Shown here piece after piece: positions 9,501 to 19,158 of a DNA stretch of 64,000 nt. The position numbers and the translations under genes are program-made. The notes beneath the pieces are model-generated. The model was not told where the DNA came from. It was given only the letters and a program-made list of their open reading frames with translations, and made no database searches. This DNA is from Candidatus Freyarchaeum deiterrae (GTDB lineage Archaea; Asgardarchaeota; Jordiarchaeia; Jordiarchaeales; Jordiarchaeaceae): NCBI GenBank assembly GCA_037305845.1, contig CP147778.1, forward strand, positions 704,001 through 768,000, given 5' to 3'. Every line of letters starts with the position of its first letter. Position 1 is the first letter of the stretch.

Positions 9501-10338
9501 GTTTTTCTTCTACTTTAGGCGTGAGCTCCTCGTCACGCTCCGCCGCCTTCTCGCCGAACGGTTCGCTTCCCTTATGTTTTTTACTTCCTTCTGAATTTCT
9601 ATCTTTTGCTTTCCGCTCCAATAACTTGTTCAACTGCTTCCGAGTATCGCTCCCCTCTTCTCTTCCTTCTCCCTCATGTGAAAACTCCTTCTGCTTATCC
9701 CCTTTCTCACTCTGAGCATTCTTTATTTCTTCATCAGTTTTTCGAACTTTTCTCTCCTCTGCTTCTCCCGGTTCTCTCTTCTCATGTTTTCTGGTCTCTT
9801 CAGACTCTTTTTCGGTTTCTGTTTCTCGGCTTCTGCCGCATTCTTTTTTGGTTTTATCCTTCGGAGCATCTCCTAAGTTTTCTGTTTTCTTGCTAATTTC
9901 CCCTTCAGTCCCTGACTCTTTATGCTTCTCTTCTCTACGTTGCTCTTCTTCGCGTTGCTCTCTCTTGACGCTGGTCTCCTTGAATTTGGATTCCTGATTT
10001 AATATTTCATTCTCTCTCAGATCTCGAGATTCCTCTGTGATGGATGATTTCTCACCGGTATCCTGATTCTCATTTTTTTCTAAGGCTCTTTGGATAATGG
10101 CTCTATACTTTTCATTTACCTCTCTTATGTCCTCCCTAAGCAGATTCTTTAGTTTCTCTAGTTCCTCATGCCTCTTAAACAGCTCCCTCCACCTTTCACG
10201 CTCCCGACTCTCATCGTATTCGTTTTCATCGTGCTCATCGAATTCGTCTTCTTCGTCGAACTCATCTTCTTCATCTTCTTCGTCGGATTCATCATTTTCC
10301 CTTTCGTTAAACTCCACACAAACCCTCCTAGTAATCAA
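6565..10338 (-). CDS. Large protein: acidic low-complexity N-terminus, several XRE-like HTH repeats, LAGLIDADG-like domain
   Basis: D/E-rich start; HTH-like ELAKDVKTSITDVKHYIS and KAEKILDMSSHTLNRLE; paired motifs MSTVFGDGT and KAMIADEGSI. Start may be GTG 10317 after AGGAGG. Confidence 0.65.
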   Translation of the reverse strand: MITRRVCVEFNERENDESDEEDEEDEFDEEDEFDEHDENEYDESRERERWRELFKRHEELEKLKNLLREDIREVNEKYRAIIQRALEKNENQDTGEKSSITEESRDLRENEILNQESKFKETSVKREQREEEQRREEKHKESGTEGEISKKTENLGDAPKDKTKKECGRSRETETEKESEETRKHEKREPGEAEERKVRKTDEEIKNAQSEKGDKQKEFSHEGEGREEGSDTRKQLNKLLERKAKDRNSEGSKKHKGSEPFGEKAAERDEELTPKVEEKRISQREYPRELNTEATLETPEKEERWLETLRYEKSTVLIQGEVFSFSLPSRDVLSKVIEARNKSRLEGNNDVLQACNETLQQFHEEEYIDATCLETIARYLKKPYRETTPTTETKTVSDPYTLELRKTEELLQLLGAEYTKTPEGLSVLEPLELHELINIPEKQLEKINEKLYKTETLGTTEKLYEELEKKGASKNLESEKLESYLRTGKKVPVDIYLKICHTLEIEADQNIVTQWRSPTVDIATGEWYSRSDVAVRIQLDDLKKLHEELLNKLKSEEISPEKFAAILVEAGAAISRGAEIMEIPNKKYVDTVALIEICAFLGKEPSEIRELDQNNMSKEEKVSLPRKDIRRIRQEAWKKYGFNYTSELAKDVKTSITDVKHYISDERKISIGVLEKIEETLGIKINDSLHDRTKLRFKDYKREIIKEKDGTDAIIEKVEISEPKEGKRTLLTFIYRKGKDGSITREVKQTGETFRPNTTAWFFSLPNTRVTVDRTKEFKEGKDLLTYITEKSIKKAGTRGKAEKILDMSSHTLNRLERNKKNDSLLLINLLTLTMYSGAADKLADLTEYVEKVGPMEKKNKPNLTIEMKGEDAAYVVMSTVFGDGTFREKRRGYEIAYFNMRPDFMESMEKKMKNVFGITPSIGKKESGFNYLYINSNLPAISFLGIGLIPGEKTVLNQEFPESIIESPQERKAATKAMIADEGSIKQHSQLSIMLTARAPELEEHRNTLNNQIKGTTIKGIKGETLGKYIAIGKLKDYKEIQTKVENKEIKVLKHEKKIMSKLLEDNGIHPEDNDLQMKAHGINLYSDHIAILKELVPTVEYTEKLHKILGGFPGFKELMYMNRATVWRSIPVKPINLNEEEVETLKKIGTKRIVHSEICHIIPVKKLPKKLERFVNPPDEIFKLQKQYSEEEIEILIEGKTVKVKGMSSRIRGEIRLYPNRNVILWTLTPALQKTIIEKWEHLKPSLQKQIAETF

Positions 10339-10602
10339 GTACCGCTCTAACAGCTCATCCTATACCATGTTCTTTGTTGGAGACAATCACTAACACCCTC
10401 TTCCTGCTCCTAACCACCAAAGCGTTGTAGTGTAATATAGTTGCGAAGAGCTGAGGGCCCTATTTATTTCTTGAAGAGAGTATTTTAATTCCACGAAAAG
10501 TAAAAGAAACTAACTCTTTTTAGAAGATTAGCAAAAGAGATAAAATCATACCAAAAGAAAAGAAATTTAATAAATTAAGAATCGGATATCATATATTTAT
10601 TA

Positions 10603-11205
10603 TTGAGGTTTTCAATGAAAAAGAACGAATCGTTAACAGATTATTTTTTGTCCAAGGTTGCTGTCATAGGTCCTATCAGTCTAATGGGGATTGTAATCAA
10701 CTCTAATAGTACTGACCTATCTATTTTTCACGGTTTGGGTAGATGTGATCTAAAGCGGATAGAAAATTCTAACGATTTAAATGAACTATCAAAATATTAT
10801 ATGGTATGGCATACACAAAATGGAGTTGAACCAACAAATTGGTGGGTTTCTGGATCGGCTAATTGGTTATTCAGTGAATACGTTACGGGTTACATTAGTG
10901 GTTCTATTATTAATCGTGATATAAACTCCATCTTTGAGTCATTCAAGAGGGGATTAACCGCAAATGTAGAAATTCTTGTAGCATTGGATGAAACTATAAA
11001 TAAGGGAATTATCGTTGATGGGACGAAACGTGCCGTAGCGCTTTGTCGTATCAAAAACGAAGATGAAAGCGCTTTGGATTTTTTGTTCAATTCTGTCTAT
11101 CAGATTAACATATTGAAGTTTAGTTCTAAATATTGTAAGATTCTTTTTCCTTGTGACTTTTTAAGGTTAAGTGTTGAAATGAATGAGACAAGTGAATCTC
11201 TCTAA
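10603..11205 (+). CDS. Hypothetical protein with ParB/Srx-like motif
   Basis: IIVDGTKRAVAL resembles the ParB GxxR motif; AT-rich. Confidence 0.45.
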   Translation: MRFSMKKNESLTDYFLSKVAVIGPISLMGIVINSNSTDLSIFHGLGRCDLKRIENSNDLNELSKYYMVWHTQNGVEPTNWWVSGSANWLFSEYVTGYISGSIINRDINSIFESFKRGLTANVEILVALDETINKGIIVDGTKRAVALCRIKNEDESALDFLFNSVYQINILKFSSKYCKILFPCDFLRLSVEMNETSESL

Positions 11206-11530
11206 CTACCTCTGGTTAACTTCCTTAGCTCCATTATAAAGCCTAAATGGGGATAGTAATTTACTATTATAGAGAAAAAGCCCCAAAATTTTTCGTCTGT
11301 ACAATAAAGATTTCAAAACAATAACATAAAAACAGTAGAAATATGCCCCAACAATTCGTTTTTTTGGGATTTCTAATACTCCTAGATTGGCTTTGTATAT
11401 ACACTTATAAATGGGAGAACCTTTTACACAGAATGGTACTATGTCATTCTAAGCGAAGTCAAGAAAGATGAATTTGAGACCAAGAGCTAAGCAATGTGGA
11501 ATGCTCTCCTGAAAAAACTCCAAAAGTCCA

Positions 11531-12025
11531 TTATCTTTTTATTGGGATTGTTCTTGAGAAAGGTGCTTCTCTATCTGGGAACAATGTGAGGTTATATTCT
11601 TTCTCGTAGAAATCCAAAAATAACCCAAAATCATACATGTATGAGCCATGCCGTTTCCGGGTCATTAGTTCTAGTTTCTTCTTATCATAGATATCTGATG
11701 TTGATTTTTTTCTCCTTACTTTCAGTTCAATAACCGCGAGATTATCGCTGTCCAAGCCTCGCTGGTGTATTACTATGTCTGGATAAATCCGGTCAGTATT
11801 TCGTCTTCCACCATATTTGCTTATGCCTGGCAATATCTTGATCTCGCTGCCATGGCGGTTATATTCGCAGTCAACATTATAATCCTCGAACAATGGCTCA
11901 AGATACAATGCGACCCGATGCCCAAGTGTCCTTTCGCCTACTTTCAACTCTATTAGCTTGAAATCCTTTTTATAAAAAGTATTTACTGCCGACTTAATTT
12001 TTATCAAAAATGTCTCCTTGTCCAT
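11531..12025 (-). CDS. PD-(D/E)XK nuclease-fold protein
   Basis: VDCEYNR, IYPDIVIH, AVIELK. Confidence 0.7.
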   Translation of the reverse strand: MDKETFLIKIKSAVNTFYKKDFKLIELKVGERTLGHRVALYLEPLFEDYNVDCEYNRHGSEIKILPGISKYGGRRNTDRIYPDIVIHQRGLDSDNLAVIELKVRRKKSTSDIYDKKKLELMTRKRHGSYMYDFGLFLDFYEKEYNLTLFPDREAPFSRTIPIKR

Positions 12026-12241
12026 ATTCTCACGCTTTAATTATCAAAATCAACTGATATAAGCATGACTGCACATATCTCAAAAAGGACGGAAATAAAT
12101 TATAATTAATCTATGATTTAAACAAAAAACAACATCAAAAATACCAATACTATGTTAGGATCATCTACACCTCCTCGTCCCCTTCAAGTGTGAAAAAACA
12201 TGAAGCGAAAGTCATTTCTACAACTTTTTAATTAGTTTATT

Positions 12242-13219
12242 TCAAGTCTTTGACCAGATTTTACAATTTCCAACCCTTGCTGTATCCACTATGATATTCC
12301 AAGACAAATCTACAAGGTATCTGTAATCCGGTTTATAGCTCGCCTTTCTAGAGATTACTATCACTTCGGTGGACATGTTATCAAAAGCGTATCCATAAAA
12401 CCCGCCATGATGAGAAGCTTCAACAAGAAAGTAAAGCTCATTGCCAAAATTCAAATAGTTATTCAAAATTGTTTTATCAACGTCTCCAGTAAAAAGAAAA
12501 TTAGTGTGGTCATCTCTTATAACAAGAGACGCTCTGTTTGCAAGGTTTTTAAATTTCATTTCTATTTCAACTAAATATTCTTGTACTTTTGGTTTTACAT
12601 CTTTATCTTTTGATATTTCTTCGAGGGAAGCATCAGATTCTTTGGATTCTCTACCGAAAGCCACGCTTAAATAAGCATACAATTTATCAAACTCTTCTAA
12701 TTGTTTCTCACTTAGTTTCTTTTTTATTTCATCTATTTTATTGAGAAATGTCTCAACACTTCTTCTATTAATTTTGTCAATGATACTATAATCTGGCCAC
12801 AGAACCTCCCAACTCCTGCCTACAGCATTAAAAGAATCACCTTTCTCCTTTGGTTTAATATTCTTCCCTCTAGTAAGAATCATCGGTATTAAGTAGTATT
12901 CTTGATACCCTGATAGCGTTGCTAGCGCCAAAAATTCAAGTATTGCATCAGCAGTAGAGCTTCCTGAAGGCAAACTAGGTAGGTAAATATTATCGAAGAA
13001 ATTTTCAGGTAGAGTCCCTAACAAATTGTAATGATCAAAATGATAATGTGTTATTGCCAAATCTCGACTTTTTGACTTCTCTATCTCGCACTTGATGATA
13101 TTAGTAAAATTGTTTACCTTATTATTTTCAGACCCGCAATCCAATATAAAAGGGGATGTTTCTTCATCAAAAATGCCTACACAATTTCCGTGGCCCATAT
13201 CGAGAACGATTATTTCCAT
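12242..13219 (-). CDS. ComEC/Rec2-type metallo-beta-lactamase-fold hydrolase (putative nuclease)
   Basis: LDMGHGN, THYHFDH, LFTGD, SHHG. Confidence 0.8.
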   Translation of the reverse strand: MEIIVLDMGHGNCVGIFDEETSPFILDCGSENNKVNNFTNIIKCEIEKSKSRDLAITHYHFDHYNLLGTLPENFFDNIYLPSLPSGSSTADAILEFLALATLSGYQEYYLIPMILTRGKNIKPKEKGDSFNAVGRSWEVLWPDYSIIDKINRRSVETFLNKIDEIKKKLSEKQLEEFDKLYAYLSVAFGRESKESDASLEEISKDKDVKPKVQEYLVEIEMKFKNLANRASLVIRDDHTNFLFTGDVDKTILNNYLNFGNELYFLVEASHHGGFYGYAFDNMSTEVIVISRKASYKPDYRYLVDLSWNIIVDTARVGNCKIWSKT

Positions 13220-13351
13220 AAATTTTAAACTGCTAATTTATTTAATTAATTTTAGCGCCTGTTTTCTATTCCAGTAGGAGGCAAAAAACAAAAAGTGAGA
13301 GCAAGAATTTAACCTCACTTTCTTTTTCTGCTTGAAACCATTTTAGGTTTA

Positions 13352-13388
13352 TTCTTTGAAATGTTTAAAAGATTTCCGCTATTTATTT
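13352..13388. repeat. Imperfect direct repeat, copy 2 (relic of the large gene's 3' end)
   Basis: 33/37 identity to 6552-6588. Confidence 0.7.
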
Positions 13389-13452
13389 ATTGGAAGTAAT
13401 GAGCTTTCATTTTTGTTGTTGGATTTTAAATTATTGGTCATTATTGCATTTT

Positions 13453-15387
13453 TTAAAGAGATTTAGAAACAATTTGATTAACTATTGATTCTAACGTACT
13501 GCTTGATTTCCCTTGTTTCTTAGCTTCTAGAATCATTTGTTGGATAACTTGAGAATTCTTAATTGCATGTTTCTCTTGACCCATTCCAAAATTTTTGCAG
13601 CACTCACCAAGTATATTATTGTATAATTCCTCTCCTATTTCCTCTTTCAAAGTGTCTGTTAGCGTCCTTTTGAAACAGGCAAATTCGTCTGTTACCTTAG
13701 CAGGCCAGTCCTCTATTTCCTGATTAAACAGTCTTAACAATAGACGATTTTCTTGTGGTTTGGCATCTTTGCCCTCATAATCGCTATCCCAGATTGCATA
13801 AATAGGAATTTGCAAAAGTCTAAAGATAGCGATTGGTCTATCAAGACAGGTTTTGCCATTGCAAGGTATGACGGAAATACCCTTACTTTCTAATTCAATC
13901 CCCATAGCAGTAGCTGTTCCGATTATTGCAGCTCTATCTTCTTCTCCTTCGACCAGAACTATAAAATCTGAAAAGAATCCTTCGTTCAGCCAGGGTGTCA
14001 TAATCGTTCTGAGACGCGGTCTTAGAGTTTTTCCAGTATACGTTCCTTCAGGTTTATCACAAGCGTTTTCAATAATTTTTGCAACTTCATCAAGATTGGT
14101 ATAAAAAATTTTTGTTTGTTTGGGTAAACCCTTTTCTATTTTCTCTTTTCTGAGTACTCTAACCTTTTCGAAGTTCTCTAAATTTACCAATAATGGGGAA
14201 TGTGTGCTATAAATTACTTGAGTTCTCTTTACTAAATCATGAATACCTTCTTCCGCTAATTTCATAAAAACTTTAGACAAATGGCGTTGTCTATTAGGGT
14301 GCTGATATAATTCAGGCTCTTCAATACCGATGATAAGATTCGGTGTCCCAGGCAATAATTCATTCTCCGATTCTACTTTGGTTGGCGATTTTATTATAGA
14401 GAGATATTGTAACATGGTTAAAATTGTAGCCCTTTGTAGGCCGTGGCCGGTGTGACCTACTGGTGAAGGATAGTCATCTTCTACGAGCATGAGGTTAGTT
14501 ACGGGAGTTTGAATATCAAATCCAAGTGCTTCACCTAAAATCAGGCTGAAACGGTTACCGGGAGCATATAGTTGAAGTATGTTACTAAGACCATTCTCTA
14601 AATTTTGCAATTCTGGTAAATTTGAAGGATTAAAAATTTCTTTGTAGCGTTTTTGAGTATCTTCCTTAAATACTGTTATTTCTTTACGTTGTGATAGCGC
14701 GATTCCCCAAACTAAATTCATAATTTCAGAAAGCGCTGTTCCTCTACCTTCGGTTGTATCTTCAGTTGCATCACGGACAGCTGGGATAAATAGAAACTTA
14801 GTGTATTTTTCAAGATGCGCTTCCCCTACTTCTTTGAAACCGAAAAATTGTCCGTCATCTCTTTGACGGTTACATTGGTCGGGATGAGATTGTTCCCAAT
14901 CACTTAGTGTTCTTTCAGCATTAGATTTATTAGTGTAAGGCGGAAAATTAGGATATTTATTCGTACTAAGCAGTTTATTGTATTCTACTTTAAGGGCGGG
15001 TCCACTGGCTACCCGAAAATTTTGAAACTCGGAATTTTGGAGGCTTGTCCCATAATATTTTTGGCTGCCCTTACCTATTGGCCATTTCAACTCCTTTTCT
15101 ACAGTCAGCTCTTCTCCTTCGATGTATTTTTGGAAGAGTTTCTTTTCTTCGTCCGTTAAACCTGTGAAAGTAACTGTTATCAAAATGTTCTGTGAGGTGT
15201 CTCGTGCATAGAAATCATCTTCGATGTATCTTGCGTTTGGACTATAAAATATCTCAAGCGCCCGTAGAAAAGAGGATTTGCCAGAACCATTGGGTCCGAC
15301 AAGAACAGTCAAATTTTCGCAAAGGAGGTTTTCATTTTTAACAGAACGAAAATTCCTAACTCTAATGGATTTAATAATCATATCCAA
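13453..15387 (-). CDS. OLD-family ATP-dependent nuclease (ABC ATPase + TOPRIM; GajA-like)
   Basis: GPNGSGKS, GHGLQR, IEEPELYQHP, STHSP; TOPRIM LVEGEED and WDSD. Confidence 0.9.
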   Translation of the reverse strand: MDMIIKSIRVRNFRSVKNENLLCENLTVLVGPNGSGKSSFLRALEIFYSPNARYIEDDFYARDTSQNILITVTFTGLTDEEKKLFQKYIEGEELTVEKELKWPIGKGSQKYYGTSLQNSEFQNFRVASGPALKVEYNKLLSTNKYPNFPPYTNKSNAERTLSDWEQSHPDQCNRQRDDGQFFGFKEVGEAHLEKYTKFLFIPAVRDATEDTTEGRGTALSEIMNLVWGIALSQRKEITVFKEDTQKRYKEIFNPSNLPELQNLENGLSNILQLYAPGNRFSLILGEALGFDIQTPVTNLMLVEDDYPSPVGHTGHGLQRATILTMLQYLSIIKSPTKVESENELLPGTPNLIIGIEEPELYQHPNRQRHLSKVFMKLAEEGIHDLVKRTQVIYSTHSPLLVNLENFEKVRVLRKEKIEKGLPKQTKIFYTNLDEVAKIIENACDKPEGTYTGKTLRPRLRTIMTPWLNEGFFSDFIVLVEGEEDRAAIIGTATAMGIELESKGISVIPCNGKTCLDRPIAIFRLLQIPIYAIWDSDYEGKDAKPQENRLLLRLFNQEIEDWPAKVTDEFACFKRTLTDTLKEEIGEELYNNILGECCKNFGMGQEKHAIKNSQVIQQMILEAKKQGKSSSTLESIVNQIVSKSL

Positions 15388-16026
15388 ACCCTACCCTCTA
15401 TTATTAACACTAGTATCCTCTTTACATTGAACATTTCGACTCGTCCGGATCTTCGTATCTAATTCTTTGATGATAGAATCGCTAACTCGATATGTCTAAG
15501 AAGCTTCTTAGCTACCTTAATGCAAAAATGGCTTTTGACTGAGTACATTTCTTGTTTCTTCTAAGAACGCTCTTTACTATCATTTCTGTTTCCCTCGCTA
15601 GTATTCTTCAGGCGTATAAAACTTGTTTCTCTTTCTCTACCTATATATTTTTCTTTGATAATTCATTGGATTGTATCTTTTTTCAATTTCAATATGTTAT
15701 TCGCAGCTTTTATTATCTAATTTAACTTTTTTGAATTGTCTTCCTTATAGAATTTCATTTCAGATACTGATTATGTATTTTTTTACTTACCCAAAGAATT
15801 ATCAAAATGTTTGATTCTATTTTAGAAACATGAATCTAATTCTCGCCAGAGATTTATGAAGAAGCATCAGTTTAATTGGATGGATTCATGTTTTATATTT
15901 TGGAGTGTTTCTTCGTTTGTGACTTGAAATGTTTAACTAAATTGGAGAAATTAATCAACATAATTTGGGATATTCGAACAAATCAAAAAGTTGATTCTCC
16001 ATCAAAGGCTGCAGGAAGTCTATTCA

Positions 16027-19000
16027 TTATAGAATACGAAGAAGATATTCCCTTCCTTTAGTTATATCCAAGTAAGTCCATCGACATAAAGACTCTTCTT
16101 GAATTATTTCAGACAGCTCTGCTTGTGTGAGAGAAAATAACCAGTCCATTACAGAATTGAATTTTATGCTCTTTTCAGTAATCTGATAAGCCTTCGCTAA
16201 TCTTTTAGAACAGTTCCTATTTGAGACACCAAGAGCCGAACAAAAAACTGCCACCAAGTTATCCACTCCGTATTTTGCGAAGGCGGGAAGCAACCCTACT
16301 CCTTTCGAATATTTTATTTCTTTATATTCTAGCAGTTTTGTGATCGCCCATAGCACCCAAGGGGCATAATACATTAACTGCACGTGAATATAGGCGAACG
16401 TTTTTAACATTTTTTTCTCGAAAGTTCTTTCACTAAAGTATTTTTCCGCGATTTCAAAATGGTTTTTTCCGAAAATCCAATCCATTAATATCTGCCCTTG
16501 TTGCATTTGTGGTCTAAAAGTTTCAGAAACTCTTACTTCTTGAGGGACGAAAGCAAGGTCTAGAATTTTCAAAAGTCTATTGTTAAAAAAAGGGCGCTCG
16601 GCGTTGACAGGTATATTGAATATGTTACCACGCTGATTCGTTATTTCGTCTATTTCTATCGAGAGGCGCTCACAACTTTCAGGCGAAAGTCCTGTTTTAT
16701 TGCAAATAAATCCAAAATCAGTGGGTCTATAAGGACTCCCACTAACTAGCATCTTTTTCTCTTGCATATGGTCCAACTGACTTTGTATGTGTTTCACCAT
16801 TTCTTGGTATGTTGGAGAATCCTTGGAAGTTTTATAACCAAAAAATGTCAAGTCTATGAGCTTACGAGGTTCGTCTCCTTTATATATTCCATCACATATT
16901 ACCGACAATAGTTCGGTTTGGAAAGCTATTACATTTTTGTCGTTGAAGTTTATTTCTCTTTTACCTTCTACCAGTGTCTTAAGAGCACTTTCTACAGGCT
17001 CAAGTTGTTCTCTACTGGATTCAAGATACCTCTCGACATAGGAAATTTCCTTTTCAGGGGGTTTCAACAGTATGACATGCCCTTCTGTATTTTGAAGCGC
17101 TCGTCCCGATCTACCAGCGATATTCCTATATAGCATTTTTGTTAGTGGAACCCATACCCATCTTCCAGTGGAAGATAAATACTCTTGAAAATTGAGATAA
17201 GGTATTATTACGGTACTAACTGGTGTGTTGATTCCTTCTGCAAGTGTTGTGGTGCTGGTTATTACTCTTATGTCTCCTAACCTTACAAGTCTTTCGATCT
17301 CGCTTCTAACCTCTGCAGGGAGATCAGCGTGATGATACGCTATTCCTTTGTCAATGTATTTTGATAGAGGGAAATTATTTCCAAATTCCGCTATAATACG
17401 GTCGGAGAGTTGTTTCAATCTCTCTTTTGTTTCGTTTGTCGGTGTAAAGAATAACCCCTCATTGTAAAGTTTTTTGACTATATCCTCCGCCGTAGCTTTT
17501 TTATTACAAAATATCAAAACGGGACCAAGAGGCTGATAAATTTTAGTTAATATTACAGCTTGATCCGATAAAGATTTTCCAATAGATTCTGACACCCTTA
17601 GTTTAAGACCCTTCATTTCGTCATAATAGTCTACCCAACCATCACGTAATATTGCCTGAAGTATCCTAGTAGGGTGCCATTCAACACTTATGTACTTTGA
17701 TTTATCATTTCCCATCCAATCCGCTATTTCATTCGGATTGTTCATTACAGCAGACAAAAACAAGATTCGACTATCTTGCAGTAGATGTGTTATCCTTATA
17801 ACTAACATCTCAAGGTGGATTCCTCTATTCTCTCCTGTCTGAATTGTTTGAGCCTCATCGAACACAAAAAGGCCACATTTTGTTGTTATGGAGTGCTTTT
17901 CCTTCAAAAGCAAACTTAGTTTTTCTGGTGTAGTAATCAGCACATTGCAGTTTTCCAGTTTAAGTCTCACAATTTCGGGATGATCATAAGACCCAACTAA
18001 AAAAGATACTTTGAAACCCAGTTTTGGTATTCGATTTCTTAAATCTCTCTCCACTTGCAATGCTAGTGCTCTACTCGGAGCTACATAAATGCAGGTAGAA
18101 CTGGGAGTTCTGATTAGAGAGTTTACTATAGCAAATTCCGCAATAAGAGTCTTACCCGCACTAGTTGGCATCGAAACTACGAAGCGTTTAACATTTTCAC
18201 TTAGCAAACCATTTTCAATTGCTTGTAATTGAGATTCCCAAAGTTCTATTATTGGAGTTTGGGAAGAGACTAAAAGACGTAGGTAATCATGAGATTTTTC
18301 CATATACTTTGCCAAAGTAACCCAAATGCTTCTCTTGTGAATTTGTTGCACAACTATTAAAAGCAAGGATGAAATTCCGAAATTTTCGGAATCTCCATAG
18401 TTCAAGAAAATATTTACTCCTCGACTCAGAGCGTCCATGCACTTCTCGAAAAAATGAGATTTGCCTTCCGTTACAAATTGATAGAAATAACTAATAGCCG
18501 TGGAAATCTCAAGATATCCCAAAAATTTTATTAGACCAGTACTTTGTTCTTCGTTTTTTTCATATGCTTTGATCACTTCTTGAATCTTTTCCTTTTCTGA
18601 AATGGCCATGTTATAAAGTTGCGGGATCTCATGAAATCTTCTCGACAAAAGGTAAAGGATAAGAAGCTCAACATAGTGAAAAAATCTAGGAACAATTTCT
18701 AAAGGTCTTGCCTCAGACATCAAAATTTCAATAACTTCATTTGCCATAACAATACAATTGGCAGGATTCCCGCAGCTATCATAACAGATTGCAGCGTGTT
18801 TGAGTATATTCATTCTATATGTTGATGGAAGATCTAAGTATTTGCCTATATACTCAAAGAGTCTTCCAGCATAGGAGAGGATCTGATAAGCATCTTGGAC
18901 ATGAATGTCATAAGACACTAATTTCACTCCTGCAAGCTCTAGGTAATAGGCGGTTAGGACAAGGTCACTTGCCTCTGCCCGTTCTTCCAAGGCCTCCCGT

Positions 19001-19158
19001 TCTTTCAGCCAGAACTCAAGGTTTTCTTTCTTTATCAAACTTCTGTTGTAGTAATCCTTAGCTATGTTTGAGAGCGCAAGTGATATATCCTCTCTTTCTA
19101 GAACTGCTTGTGCTTTTTTAATTATGGAAGCAATATCGAAGGCTGGGCGACTTTTCAA
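16027..19158 (-). CDS. hamB: Ski2-like SF2 helicase, Hachiman HamB
   Basis: PTSAGKT, TPEK, DEAQ, LSAV, YHHADL, STTTLAEGIN, AGRSGR; long helical N-terminus; overlaps the hamA-like gene. Confidence 0.8.
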   Translation of the reverse strand: MKSRPAFDIASIIKKAQAVLEREDISLALSNIAKDYYNRSLIKKENLEFWLKEREALEERAEASDLVLTAYYLELAGVKLVSYDIHVQDAYQILSYAGRLFEYIGKYLDLPSTYRMNILKHAAICYDSCGNPANCIVMANEVIEILMSEARPLEIVPRFFHYVELLILYLLSRRFHEIPQLYNMAISEKEKIQEVIKAYEKNEEQSTGLIKFLGYLEISTAISYFYQFVTEGKSHFFEKCMDALSRGVNIFLNYGDSENFGISSLLLIVVQQIHKRSIWVTLAKYMEKSHDYLRLLVSSQTPIIELWESQLQAIENGLLSENVKRFVVSMPTSAGKTLIAEFAIVNSLIRTPSSTCIYVAPSRALALQVERDLRNRIPKLGFKVSFLVGSYDHPEIVRLKLENCNVLITTPEKLSLLLKEKHSITTKCGLFVFDEAQTIQTGENRGIHLEMLVIRITHLLQDSRILFLSAVMNNPNEIADWMGNDKSKYISVEWHPTRILQAILRDGWVDYYDEMKGLKLRVSESIGKSLSDQAVILTKIYQPLGPVLIFCNKKATAEDIVKKLYNEGLFFTPTNETKERLKQLSDRIIAEFGNNFPLSKYIDKGIAYHHADLPAEVRSEIERLVRLGDIRVITSTTTLAEGINTPVSTVIIPYLNFQEYLSSTGRWVWVPLTKMLYRNIAGRSGRALQNTEGHVILLKPPEKEISYVERYLESSREQLEPVESALKTLVEGKREINFNDKNVIAFQTELLSVICDGIYKGDEPRKLIDLTFFGYKTSKDSPTYQEMVKHIQSQLDHMQEKKMLVSGSPYRPTDFGFICNKTGLSPESCERLSIEIDEITNQRGNIFNIPVNAERPFFNNRLLKILDLAFVPQEVRVSETFRPQMQQGQILMDWIFGKNHFEIAEKYFSERTFEKKMLKTFAYIHVQLMYYAPWVLWAITKLLEYKEIKYSKGVGLLPAFAKYGVDNLVAVFCSALGVSNRNCSKRLAKAYQITEKSIKFNSVMDWLFSLTQAELSEIIQEESLCRWTYLDITKGREYLLRIL

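Noticed and set aside
10230-10300. Short repeats resembling an array
   Set aside because: They encode the EDEFDE acidic tract; not CRISPR
15400-16020. Possible gene between OLD and hamB
   Set aside because: Only short AT-rich frames; no supportable product
13453-19158. OLD plus helicase read as Gabija
   Set aside because: The helicase is SF2 Ski2-like, coupled to hamA and about 640 bp away; it is not UvrD/GajB
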